Of a stretch of DNA of 64,000 nucleotides, positions 54,530 through 63,630 are shown in pieces. A program made the translations under genes and the position numbers. Source of the stretch: a virus; the IMG/VR virus record IMGVR_UViG_3300048909_000330, positions 598 through 64,597 of that record. The stretch is one strand, 5' to 3'. The notes beneath the pieces are model-generated. The model did not search any database. It was not told where the DNA came from and saw only the letters and a list, made by a program, of their open reading frames with translations. The number at the start of each line of letters is the position of its first letter. The stretch's first letter is position 1.

Positions 54530-54877
54530 ATGCGGACATGGGGTCGCACATTCAACGAAGACGGCACGTATCAATGGATACAGATCACGCCCGACGCCAA
54601 CGGCTTTGACGAAAACATTTGGCTAACCACGCTGGTTCAGGCGTTGAAATTGAATCTCGGGGAATCGCCATTCTACGCAAATCTTGGCATTCCACAGTAT
54701 CAGACGATCGTTACGCAAACTTTCCCAGACTTCTATGTGACGCAGATACAGCAGTACTTCGCCCAGTACTTTGCGTCATTGACGATCACGCGAGTCCCAG
54801 CTTCATTCCCGCCCGTCTACAACGTCAGCGTCACCTGTTTTAGTGGCGCGATCATCAATCAAACTATCGCAACATGA
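54530..54877 (+). CDS. Baseplate wedge (gp25-like) protein
   Basis: MRTWGR...LKLNLGESPFYANLGIP. Confidence 0.78.
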   Translation: MRTWGRTFNEDGTYQWIQITPDANGFDENIWLTTLVQALKLNLGESPFYANLGIPQYQTIVTQTFPDFYVTQIQQYFAQYFASLTITRVPASFPPVYNVSVTCFSGAIINQTIAT

Positions 54878-56292
54878 CCATCGCGCCTACCAATATCCCG
54901 CTGGTCATGACGGCGGCTGGTCCGGTTACAACGCCTCCGTCGACGCTGTACACGAACCTGATTAACTACGTCGCTGCGCAGTCGCCGGGGTACACAGTAT
55001 TGCCTGCCGGCCTTATCGACGACATCAGCGGGACCGACGTTGGCGCCTTGGTTGCGATTGATCAGGCTCGAGTAGACGCTGTAAATAGTGTAACCCCGTA
55101 CGGCGCAAATGCCTTTCTGCTGGCGCAACTCGGGGCACAATTCGGCGTCGCTCAGGGCGTGGGTGCAAATGGCAGCGTCTTCGTGCAGTTCTCCGGACCG
55201 CCGGGATATGTTTTCCAGCCCGGCTTTTTGGTCTCGGATGGCACCAACCAGTATTCCCTGCAGGATGGCGGGGTCATTCAGACTGGCGGGACGAGCCCTC
55301 AATTATTCGCGGTAGCAACGAACAGCGGCACGTTTGCGATTCCGGCCAACACGGTCACGCAGATTGTGACGTCGGTTCCTAGCGCCTACGCGGTGACTGT
55401 CACCAATCCCGAGGCGGGCACTCCGGCCACCACGACCGAGAGCGTGCAGGACTATCGCGCACGGGTTCTGCAAGCCGGCCTTGTCTCATCGACGGGAACC
55501 CCTGCTTATGTAAAGACGCTGCTCCAGGAAATCACTGGTGTTCAGGCGAGGCTCACCTCTGTGAACCAGTTGCCGGGCGGATGGCAGATTGTCTGCGGCG
55601 GAGGCGATGCGTTTTCCGTTGCGACGGCCATCTTGCAAGGCGTTCCCGACATCGCAGTGCTACAGGGATCCCAACTCGCGATCACAGCCATGACGGCGGC
55701 TAACCCCGTTGTCATCACGACCAACCTGGATCATGGGTATGTGGCGGGACAAACGGTTACTGTGACAGGCGCAACTCCAGCCGCATACAACACGACGTAT
55801 ACGATTGCGTCCGTCACGGCAGACACCATCACGACGTCGACAAACGGCTCGGCATTCGGCGCATATGTGAGCGGGGCGCAACTTTCGCCCAATCCTCGGA
55901 ACGTGTCGGTATCGCTGTTTCAGAACCCTGATACCTACTCGATCACATTCGTCAACCCACCTCAACAGATTGTCACGGTCGATGTCACCTGGAATACAAC
56001 GCTACCGAGTTTCACTGGCGGTACGTCTGTCGCGCAACTGGCTGCACCAGCTATCCAGTCGTACGTGAATTCGATTTTTGTTGGTCAACCGATCAACGAA
56101 CTCGAGATGACTGCGGTTTTCCAGAACGCCGTGGCCTCGGTAATTGCCCCGCAAAACATCACGACGCTGCAATGGGCTGTAACCATTAACGGCGTTCCGG
56201 CATCGCCGACAGCGGGCACAAGCATCATTCCCTCGGATCCGGAAAGCTACTTTAGCTGTTCGGCGGCGGGCGTGACAATCAATCAGGGGTAA
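54874..56292 (+). CDS. Baseplate J-like protein
   Basis: ESVQDYRARV...GGGDAFSVATAI. Confidence 0.85.
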   Translation: MTIAPTNIPLVMTAAGPVTTPPSTLYTNLINYVAAQSPGYTVLPAGLIDDISGTDVGALVAIDQARVDAVNSVTPYGANAFLLAQLGAQFGVAQGVGANGSVFVQFSGPPGYVFQPGFLVSDGTNQYSLQDGGVIQTGGTSPQLFAVATNSGTFAIPANTVTQIVTSVPSAYAVTVTNPEAGTPATTTESVQDYRARVLQAGLVSSTGTPAYVKTLLQEITGVQARLTSVNQLPGGWQIVCGGGDAFSVATAILQGVPDIAVLQGSQLAITAMTAANPVVITTNLDHGYVAGQTVTVTGATPAAYNTTYTIASVTADTITTSTNGSAFGAYVSGAQLSPNPRNVSVSLFQNPDTYSITFVNPPQQIVTVDVTWNTTLPSFTGGTSVAQLAAPAIQSYVNSIFVGQPINELEMTAVFQNAVASVIAPQNITTLQWAVTINGVPASPTAGTSIIPSDPESYFSCSAAGVTINQG

Positions 56293-56295
56293 GGA

Positions 56296-57195
56296 ATGCA
56301 GATCGAATCGTTTTCGACTCTGCCGCTGCGCGATACCGTTCCGAGCTATCTGTATCAGGAGTATGCCGACGATCTCAATTTGCAGGCGTTCGTCTCTGGA
56401 TATAACTCACTGACGCAGGGGTATCTGAACTGGTTTTCAAATACTCCGTTGGGACTGTACACGTCGCCGAATATCAACGGACCACTGCTTGACTGGATCG
56501 GACAAGGGGTCTACGGGATTCCGCGCCCTGTCCTCTCAACGCAGACCAGTTTTAACCAGGCTGGTTACAACTCGGCCCCATACAACGACTACCCATTCCC
56601 GTACGACTCACTATCTCACTCATCATCGGGGACCGCCTCTCTGGCATCAGACGACATCTACAAACGTCTTATGACATGGAACCTGTACCGCGGAGATGGG
56701 CAGATGTTCACGATGGGCTGGTTGAAGAACCGGGTCAACCGGTTTGTCAACGGCGCTGGAGGACTGGACTACACGGTTCAGGAAAATCCTCCTTCGATCA
56801 CGGTATCGGGCAACACCTTCACGATCACCCTTTTCGACGACTCCATATCCACTGCACTACAGGAACTTCTAACGGCTCGCATCGCATCGTTTCCGTTTCA
56901 GTACAACGTTGCGTTCACCACCATCAGTTTTCTTAACGATGGCGGTGTGTTGTGGATGACGGCACCGCTTAATTACCCCACCAGTCCCATCGGGCTTTCT
57001 GCCGGGGCCATCTGGTACAACGGCGGCACTGTTGCGGTCATCCCAGGCGGCTCCGGCATGGGGGCGCCGGTCTTCTTCGGCGCCATCACTGCAGCCGGGC
57101 TCTTGGCCCTAGGCGGTGGCGGCCTTCCCACTACAGACCCGAACAATCCAAATCAGCTTTGGAACAACGGCGGTGTAATCTGTATCTCGGCGTAA
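56296..57195 (+). CDS. Baseplate wedge (gpI-like) protein
   Basis: GPLLDWIGQGVYG...DDIYKRLMTW. Confidence 0.8.
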   Translation: MQIESFSTLPLRDTVPSYLYQEYADDLNLQAFVSGYNSLTQGYLNWFSNTPLGLYTSPNINGPLLDWIGQGVYGIPRPVLSTQTSFNQAGYNSAPYNDYPFPYDSLSHSSSGTASLASDDIYKRLMTWNLYRGDGQMFTMGWLKNRVNRFVNGAGGLDYTVQENPPSITVSGNTFTITLFDDSISTALQELLTARIASFPFQYNVAFTTISFLNDGGVLWMTAPLNYPTSPIGLSAGAIWYNGGTVAVIPGGSGMGAPVFFGAITAAGLLALGGGGLPTTDPNNPNQLWNNGGVICISA

Positions 57196-57198
57196 AAC

Positions 57199-57993
57199 AT
57201 GACAACTTTTATTTTCGCCAACAACATCAATACGGCGCTGGCGGGAAATGTCTCGACCTCAGACGCCACGATTACGCTGGCCAGTACAGCGAATCTTCCG
57301 CCATCAATACCAGCCGGTTCGGTTCTCGTCGTTACCCTTAATGATGCAGCTACCCGGCAGAACTATGAGGTCTGCTATGCCTCAGCGATTACGGTCTCAG
57401 GATCAAACGCGACACTAACGGTGGCCCGCGGGCAAGAGGGGACTGCAGCACTTGCATGGTTGACTGGCGACTTTGCGTTCAGCCCTCCAACTGCAGGCCA
57501 ACAGCGCTCATTTGGGCAGACGGCGGGCAATAACTCGTGGTCTGGGACCAACACGTTCACCGGAGAGACGCTCGTTCCCAACGCCAACAACAGTGGCGAT
57601 GCACTCAATCTTGGCCAAGCGGAAGGTTTGTTTGCGCTGATCAATGGCTCAACCTCAGAAATATTTAACGCTTCTCCTGGGGTATCTGGCAACGAAGTGG
57701 TGAACTTCAGTCAGTTCCCGTTCACTTCCACTCCAACTGGCTCGGTCACGCTTCCCAATGGGTTCACTCAGAAATGGGGGCACACAACTATTACCGGATC
57801 GGGGACCGTTGCATTTAACAGTCCATTTGCAAATTCGCCGTCATCGGTGTCCATTTCGGTCAACAGCTCCAGCCCGCTTTTCGCGACATGGGGAAACCTT
57901 AATAACGCAGCGTTCAGTGCATTTGTGTGGGAGCCAAGTGGCGTCGCCCACGGTACACCAGTCGATGTCTACTGGATGGCGGTAGGGAGCTAA
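57199..57993 (+). CDS. Tail fibre protein
   Basis: VARGQEGTAA N-terminal; LPNGFTQKWG (gp53-like) C-terminal. Confidence 0.8.
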   Translation: MTTFIFANNINTALAGNVSTSDATITLASTANLPPSIPAGSVLVVTLNDAATRQNYEVCYASAITVSGSNATLTVARGQEGTAALAWLTGDFAFSPPTAGQQRSFGQTAGNNSWSGTNTFTGETLVPNANNSGDALNLGQAEGLFALINGSTSEIFNASPGVSGNEVVNFSQFPFTSTPTGSVTLPNGFTQKWGHTTITGSGTVAFNSPFANSPSSVSISVNSSSPLFATWGNLNNAAFSAFVWEPSGVAHGTPVDVYWMAVGS

Positions 57994-57995
57994 AC

Positions 57996-58208
57996 ATGCA
58001 TGAAGTATTCGGACTTCCACAATCCCTGACAGGCGCGGAGACGGTGACTATACGGCAAATGCAAGGCGGCCGAGAAGCTTTGTGCACCATGCCGCTTTCG
58101 CAACTTCCCCCGCTGTTTCTGGCGTCCCTGGCGGCCAATCTTCCGACCACTCTCCCCGCAACTCCCGGCGTTGTTTGGAACGACAACGGCGTAATCTCAA
58201 TTTCCTGA
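57996..58208 (+). CDS. Small tail-associated protein
   Basis: LPTTLPATPGVVWNDNGVISIS, shared with the C-terminus of the 56296 protein. Confidence 0.65.
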   Translation: MHEVFGLPQSLTGAETVTIRQMQGGREALCTMPLSQLPPLFLASLAANLPTTLPATPGVVWNDNGVISIS

Positions 58209-58216
58209 AATACGCT

Positions 58217-60298
58217 ATGAAGAAAATTTTAATCGTGGCGCTCTTCGCGCCGCTGGCGGCGCTCGCCCAGACGCTTCCTTCGCCGACCTTTAATTCGATC
58301 ACGCTGCAAAATCCGCTTTCTGTCTCGAGTGGCGGCAGTGGCGCAACATCGTCTACTGGTACGGGCTCCCTTGTTCTTTCGAACTCGCCAACTCTCGTCA
58401 CGCCAGCCCTCGGTACGCCTTCAGCCGTCACGCTGACAAACGGAGCTGGCCTTCCCATTTCGACGGGCGTGTCCGGTCTCGGCGCGGGCGTCGCTGCTGG
58501 TTTGGCAAATGCTGCGACTGGCACGGGAGGCGTAGTCCTTTCGTCTGCTCCTACCATCACAAGCCCTACTGTCACCGGCGCATTTACGGCAATCGGTCTC
58601 GTTACGACCGCGGATCTTGCCGCGCAGACGGCAAACACCGTTCTTGCAAATGCCACCTCATCGACGGCAAGCCCGACCGCAGTTTCGGTTCCGAGTTGTA
58701 GCAGTGCGGGTAGCGCACTCAACTGGACCAGCGGTTCGGGATTTGGTTGCGTCTCTTTTGGCTCAACCCCGACCGCATCTACAAACGCCGCTCTTCAGGC
58801 CACATCCACGGCATCCAGCAGTGTCGTTTGGCGCCTCGGTTTCAGCGCTTTAGGCGATGTTCCACCACTGCTCTATAGCGCCTCCGCTTCCTCTTGTTCG
58901 CTTAATTCGGGAAATGGCGATAACGGATCGCAGGTAAAAAGCGCTGATGGCAAGTGCTGGATCGCGTCATTCCCCGCCGGCCCGGTTAATGTAAAGGAGT
59001 TCGGCGCAAAGGGCGATGGCACGACGAATGACACGGCTGCAATGCAGTCAGCTCATAACACGGGGCATGTCGTTTATTACCCGCAATCGACTGGCGCATA
59101 CATCTTCACGACCCTCACAATGACTGCGGGCGGCATCATTGGAGATGGCGAGTCGTATTCCATGTTGTCGACGGCAGATACCACCACTGCGAATGACATT
59201 ACGTTCAACGCTGTGAATTTGCAGCCTGGGTTTAACGCTCCCGTATTTCGGGGCTTTTCGCTTTTATCTACGGCTGGCTCCTCAAAAACGGCTGGTGCCG
59301 GTATCGCGATCACTGCGCCGACCGATGAGAACCAAGGTGGCCGCTTTGAGAACGTGCAGATAAATGGATTTCCGATCGACCTGCATTTCATCCGTGCCGC
59401 TTACTGGACGATAACGAACTGCAACTTCATCAACTACTATGTTGCTGGAGTCCAGGTAGAGAACCAGAACAACCCAGACAGTGGCGATAGCACGATTATG
59501 GGGTCGGTTTTTGTGACCTCAGTGGGATCTACTCCGGCCGGTATTCTGTACAACTCGTCGGGCGGCCTAAAGATCATTGGCAACAAGATTCTGGCTGGTG
59601 GCACCGGCATCGATCTAGAACTTAATGCTCCGGCCAGTACCAGTATTTTCGTCATCTCGGGCAATTCTATCGAGAACCAGACCGGCTTCAATATTCACTT
59701 GGCCCGTCAAAGTGGATCAGCCACCTTCTCCAAGATCGAAATCACCGGCAACGAGTTTAATGTTGGGCCGTTCGGGATCGCGTCGGATTCCTCGGGAGCC
59801 ATTTCCGTTATGTCCATTACGGGGAATTCTTTCACAGGCGGAACCACCACTGTCGCTGATATAGCTTTGACGAACTTCAGCGACGCAACCATCTCGTCGA
59901 ACAATTTCGTCAACAACGGAAGTGCATCGGCATTTGCCATCAACCTCAGCTCCGTCACGAATGGCAAGGTTGGGAAAAATTCATACTCCGGGTTCGCGAC
60001 ATCCAATGATGTTGGTATAACGGGCGGTACCGTCTACGTGGACCGAGACCGCCAATTGATGACCATGACAGTCACCACAAGTACGGCGTATGGCCCACTG
60101 TTTTCTGGCGGAACGGTGGTGACGTTCCCGCATTCCTACAATTCTACTCCGGAGGTCAGTTGCTTTCCGATCGGAGGCGGCGGGGGCGTCTCGGCATTCG
60201 CTGAGTCAGTCACAACAACGGGCTTCACTGCAGGAGCGGTTGGAGCAACCAGCAGTGGAGCCGTTGGGGTAACCTGTTTTTCGGACGGTATTCTGTAA
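58217..60298 (+). CDS. Tailspike/depolymerase-like beta-helix protein with a signal peptide
   Basis: MKKILIVALFAPLAALA|Q; VNVKEFGAKGDGTTNDTAA pectate-lyase-3-like motif; N/G/S/T-rich rungs. Confidence 0.82.
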   Translation: MKKILIVALFAPLAALAQTLPSPTFNSITLQNPLSVSSGGSGATSSTGTGSLVLSNSPTLVTPALGTPSAVTLTNGAGLPISTGVSGLGAGVAAGLANAATGTGGVVLSSAPTITSPTVTGAFTAIGLVTTADLAAQTANTVLANATSSTASPTAVSVPSCSSAGSALNWTSGSGFGCVSFGSTPTASTNAALQATSTASSSVVWRLGFSALGDVPPLLYSASASSCSLNSGNGDNGSQVKSADGKCWIASFPAGPVNVKEFGAKGDGTTNDTAAMQSAHNTGHVVYYPQSTGAYIFTTLTMTAGGIIGDGESYSMLSTADTTTANDITFNAVNLQPGFNAPVFRGFSLLSTAGSSKTAGAGIAITAPTDENQGGRFENVQINGFPIDLHFIRAAYWTITNCNFINYYVAGVQVENQNNPDSGDSTIMGSVFVTSVGSTPAGILYNSSGGLKIIGNKILAGGTGIDLELNAPASTSIFVISGNSIENQTGFNIHLARQSGSATFSKIEITGNEFNVGPFGIASDSSGAISVMSITGNSFTGGTTTVADIALTNFSDATISSNNFVNNGSASAFAINLSSVTNGKVGKNSYSGFATSNDVGITGGTVYVDRDRQLMTMTVTTSTAYGPLFSGGTVVTFPHSYNSTPEVSCFPIGGGGGVSAFAESVTTTGFTAGAVGATSSGAVGVTCFSDGIL

Positions 60299-60299
60299 G

Positions 60300-61091
60300 T
60301 TAAGCCGCAGGCGCTGCGACGCGATCTGCTACGACGGTGTAGAGGTTGTTATCAACACCGTCGTATTTCTTTGAATGATACGTCACGCGGGCATTCTCAA
60401 AGCCCAGTACACCGAGTGCCTGAATCGTCCACGCTGGAGGAATATCCCACCACGTGTCCTTCGGCTCGAGAGTCTTGTAGTCGGCGAGCAGGCCGAGTCT
60501 CGCTGGGCCATGCTCGGCCTCTTTCATCTTTTCCTCGTCTTGAGGATCGACGCGCAGGCATTCGGTGACGACCACGCGCTCTTTCACGAGGCGCAACGCC
60601 TGTTGCAGAGCAAGGAACGGATCGCGCAGGTGCAGCAGGATCGCGCCGAATACCGCCATGTCGACCGGGCCGATTGCCTCAGGGATTTCGTAGACGCTGC
60701 CGTACACGACTTTTGCTTTCGACTTGAACGCATCGTGGCCGGTCCAGTACGCGTTATTGAGCTTACGGATGATGCTCTTGCGCTCATGCGAGATATGCGC
60801 GTAGTGCTCCCACTTGGCATAGGGGATCATGTCCCAATCGCCCGAGCTGTCCAGGTCGTACGATACGACGTCCGCACCCTGGCTTTCCATATAGAAACTG
60901 AGCGCGCCGCTCGCGCAACCGACGTCGAGCACGCGCTTGCCTTTGAAATCGACATTGCCCAGATACTCGCCGACGCGGCCGCGTAGGTCCCAGTTGCCGG
61001 GCCGCGTGCCTATCCCCGGCAAATCCATCGTGTGATAGAAGTAGCACTCGCTCAAATCCCGGCTGTGCTTCCGTTCTGCATAAACCGACAT
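60300..61091 (-). CDS. Moron: class I SAM-dependent methyltransferase
   Basis: VLDVGCASG motif I; FGAILLHLRDP; GGAG RBS. Confidence 0.88.
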   Translation of the reverse strand: MSVYAERKHSRDLSECYFYHTMDLPGIGTRPGNWDLRGRVGEYLGNVDFKGKRVLDVGCASGALSFYMESQGADVVSYDLDSSGDWDMIPYAKWEHYAHISHERKSIIRKLNNAYWTGHDAFKSKAKVVYGSVYEIPEAIGPVDMAVFGAILLHLRDPFLALQQALRLVKERVVVTECLRVDPQDEEKMKEAEHGPARLGLLADYKTLEPKDTWWDIPPAWTIQALGVLGFENARVTYHSKKYDGVDNNLYTVVADRVAAPAA

Positions 61092-61134
61092 GCAACTCTC
61101 CTTTTTGTTTTTTTGGGGCGTGGCGATGATACAC

Positions 61135-62292
61135 CTAGTCGCCAATCAGTGACTTAACGATGGGTGTCAAGACGGCCGCTTCTCGCTGTGCTCTTTGCTG
61201 CAGCACGTAGTCATCTGGATATATGCCATATGAGTAATGCGAGCATAAATTGGGGATTTCTAGAAGCGCATTGTATTGCTGAACGATGGCGACGTCATAT
61301 TGCCGCGCAACGCCATCCATGACCGATACATAGTTCGCCAGGTTCGGGTGCTGGTCATCGCAGACCGGACCAGGCTCCTCAAGCACCGGAATCTTTCCCG
61401 CTGCGCGCACGTCCTGAATAAACGCCACCAGTGCATCCGCGTACGGCCCAAGAGACTGATTCCGGTCATCCTCTACGCCATGCCCATCCAGAACGATCTG
61501 CGCCTTTGACGTGGCCATGCGCTGTGCGAATGGCGGGCCGCCGCCATCCACGCCGGCAATCATGTTCACGACCGTCGACGCGGTTCCACCCTCGGCCAGG
61601 TTATCGACCGTGATCGCGCTATCGCTGAGCTGGTCGCGCAGGATCGCCTGCGCGTCTGCCGGCTCATTTTGTGGGTTGAATCCGGAGGACGGCGGCGGCG
61701 AAACTGCGGATAGCTCATCGTCGCCGTGAATCTCGATCACGACCGGCGTAGGCGCTGCAGGAGCGGTCGGTGCCGACGCCTGAGCAGGCGCACTAGCTGG
61801 CACATCAGGAGCCGATGCTGCGGGCGTTGATGCTGGCGCAGGAGTCGTTGCAACGGGAACCGACTGGCCGCCCTTCACCGCAACAGACGATGCCGGAACG
61901 ACAGCAGATGTGGGATTGGCGGGACTGTTTGCGCCTCCACAGGCAGAAAGAAAGAGCGCGGCAGCAACTACTCCGGATCGCCATCCAAATCGATAACCGC
62001 TCCAAGCTCTCGGGCGCGGTCGTGCAGTTGCTCGATATCGGTTACCGGGCCTTCCATTAGCGCGAGATTGAGCATCCCGACCATGAGGACGTGATACCCC
62101 ATCTGCCTCTTGTCCTTTTCGGACAGATACTTGTGGAACTGACCGCTCGACGACACCCGGAAAATCTCTGCGAGCTGGGAATTGGTAAATGACCGCTGAT
62201 CCCGGAGGGTGCGCAGATTTTGCGCCGAAGGCGGGTCGTAATGCATGGGCATGTCCAGTGGGGCGCGGGAACGCGCCGTAGATAACGGTCAT
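61135..62292 (-). CDS. Moron: SGNH/GDSL-fold lipoprotein-like protein with a degenerate active site; start uncertain
   Basis: VVAAALFLSAC lipobox-like segment, Pro/Ala linker, IHGDD, NLAEGGT, YGIYPDD. Confidence 0.65.
   Translation of the reverse strand: MTVIYGAFPRPTGHAHALRPAFGAKSAHPPGSAVIYQFPARRDFPGVVERSVPQVSVRKGQEADGVSRPHGRDAQSRANGRPGNRYRATARPRPRAWSGYRFGWRSGVVAAALFLSACGGANSPANPTSAVVPASSVAVKGGQSVPVATTPAPASTPAASAPDVPASAPAQASAPTAPAAPTPVVIEIHGDDELSAVSPPPSSGFNPQNEPADAQAILRDQLSDSAITVDNLAEGGTASTVVNMIAGVDGGGPPFAQRMATSKAQIVLDGHGVEDDRNQSLGPYADALVAFIQDVRAAGKIPVLEEPGPVCDDQHPNLANYVSVMDGVARQYDVAIVQQYNALLEIPNLCSHYSYGIYPDDYVLQQRAQREAAVLTPIVKSLIGD
61968..62252 (-). CDS. XRE-like HTH protein nested in the 5' part of the SGNH ORF
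   Basis: YDPPSAQNLRTLR...SQLAEIFRVSSSGQFHKYL. Confidence 0.7.
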   Translation of the reverse strand: MPMHYDPPSAQNLRTLRDQRSFTNSQLAEIFRVSSSGQFHKYLSEKDKRQMGYHVLMVGMLNLALMEGPVTDIEQLHDRARELGAVIDLDGDPE

Positions 62293-62450
62293 CTTGAGTT
62301 CCTTTCGGATGTCGGGCGCCGCGGATTGCTTAGCCCTGTCAGACCTTATTAAATCACCCGTAGGGTGAGGAAGTCAACAACTATTTCACGCCACCCATAG
62401 AGGTGGCTTTCTTCGTTTACGGGCCAACTTTTGTGACGACACACGACGAC

Positions 62451-62654
62451 ATGCAAGCCGAAATTTCCGAGAACGCCACGCGCATCGAAGTGCATGAGGC
62501 GGTTTGTGCCGAGAGATACCAAGGGATTCTTGATCGCTTTATTCGTGGCGACAGGCGCATGCAGCGCATCGAATACATCCTGTATTTCCTGATGCTCATG
62601 GCTCTCGTCGGTCGGGATGGCGCGCTCAAGCTCGTCGAGATGTTCGTGAGATAA
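62451..62654 (+). CDS. Holin/XhlA-like one-TM protein
   Basis: IEVHEAVCAERY...ILYFLMLMALVG; precedes the endolysin. Confidence 0.6.
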   Translation: MQAEISENATRIEVHEAVCAERYQGILDRFIRGDRRMQRIEYILYFLMLMALVGRDGALKLVEMFVR

Positions 62655-62726
62655 CTTAGCAAATCTGCTAAGTATCAAATCTTATACAAACTCCCCTGTT
62701 TGTTTGAAGTTCTATACGGAGTCGCC

Positions 62727-63182
62727 ATGTCCCCCGATGATTTCATTGCGGCGATTGGTCCCGCTGCGCGTGCGCTCGTCCCTACGACTCGCATCCCGGC
62801 CAGTTTCACTACAGCTCAGGCCGCGCTCGAATCGGGTTGGATGAAGTCGCAACTGGCGCAGAAATATCACAACCTGTTCGGCGTAAAGGCATCGAAGGGT
62901 TGGACCGGAAAGACGGTTGATCTACCGACGACCGAATACGTCGACGGCAAGCCGGTTACCGTCAACGCGACGTGGCGCGCGTACGACTCATGGCAAGACA
63001 GCCTGCTCGACCACGCACAGTTCCTGTTTACCAATCCCCGATACAGCGGCGCATTTGCGTACACAAGCGGGACGACGTTCGCGATGGCGGTCCAGGCCTG
63101 CGGCTATGCGACCGACCCTCAATACAGTCAGAAGATCATCTCGATCATCAAGACGCACAACCTGTCTGCGTTGGACGCCTGA
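62727..63182 (+). CDS. Endolysin, GH73 glucosaminidase/FlgJ-like
   Basis: AQAALESGW, NLFGVKA, TTEY, GYATDPQYSQK. Confidence 0.92.
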   Translation: MSPDDFIAAIGPAARALVPTTRIPASFTTAQAALESGWMKSQLAQKYHNLFGVKASKGWTGKTVDLPTTEYVDGKPVTVNATWRAYDSWQDSLLDHAQFLFTNPRYSGAFAYTSGTTFAMAVQACGYATDPQYSQKIISIIKTHNLSALDA

Positions 63183-63216
63183 CTTATACCCCACGATTTG
63201 ATTCACAGGGCCAAAC

Positions 63217-63630
63217 ATGATTCCACCGAATGTCCCTAACGTGGGGCAATTCTCGTTCAACCTTAAGCAAGGGGCCGATGCGTCTATCGCGATGACATGG
63301 CTGGGTGACGATGGACAGCCGATCAACCTAACGGGCTTCTCGATGAAGATGGCGATCAAGCCCTTCATCAACAGCACCGTATCGAGGCTCACCTTATCCA
63401 GCGACGATACCACTGGGAGCTATATCGCTTTGGGTGGCTCCGATGGAACGATCACCATCAATTTCGCGCATGCCGATACCGCTACCCTGCAGGCAAATGG
63501 TCTGATGGCCCAAGGCGGCGGCCGGGTTGTCCAATTGGGCGTCTACGACCTTCAGTACACAGACCCTGACGGAAATATCGGGTATCTGCTCGAAGGATCA
63601 ATCACCCTTAATTTGCGGGTCACCGAATGA
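63217..63630 (+). CDS. Virion-associated beta-sandwich protein (tail adaptor-like)
   Basis: KQGAD...INLTGFSMKMAIK...GVYDLQY...LLEGSITL. Confidence 0.7.
   Translation: MIPPNVPNVGQFSFNLKQGADASIAMTWLGDDGQPINLTGFSMKMAIKPFINSTVSRLTLSSDDTTGSYIALGGSDGTITINFAHADTATLQANGLMAQGGGRVVQLGVYDLQYTDPDGNIGYLLEGSITLNLRVTE

Noticed and set aside
56940-58205. Repeated W-N-x-G-G-V-I-x-I motif in baseplate and small tail proteins
   Set aside because: A recurrent tail-protein interaction motif; noted in the features and not novel on its own.
57199-60298. Diversity-generating retroelement or invertible tail cassette
   Set aside because: No reverse transcriptase, template repeat, invertase or inverted crossover sites seen.
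61100-61116. Poly-T tract upstream of the moron methyltransferase as a phase-variation site
   Set aside because: It is short (8 nt) and I could not place it within a credible promoter.
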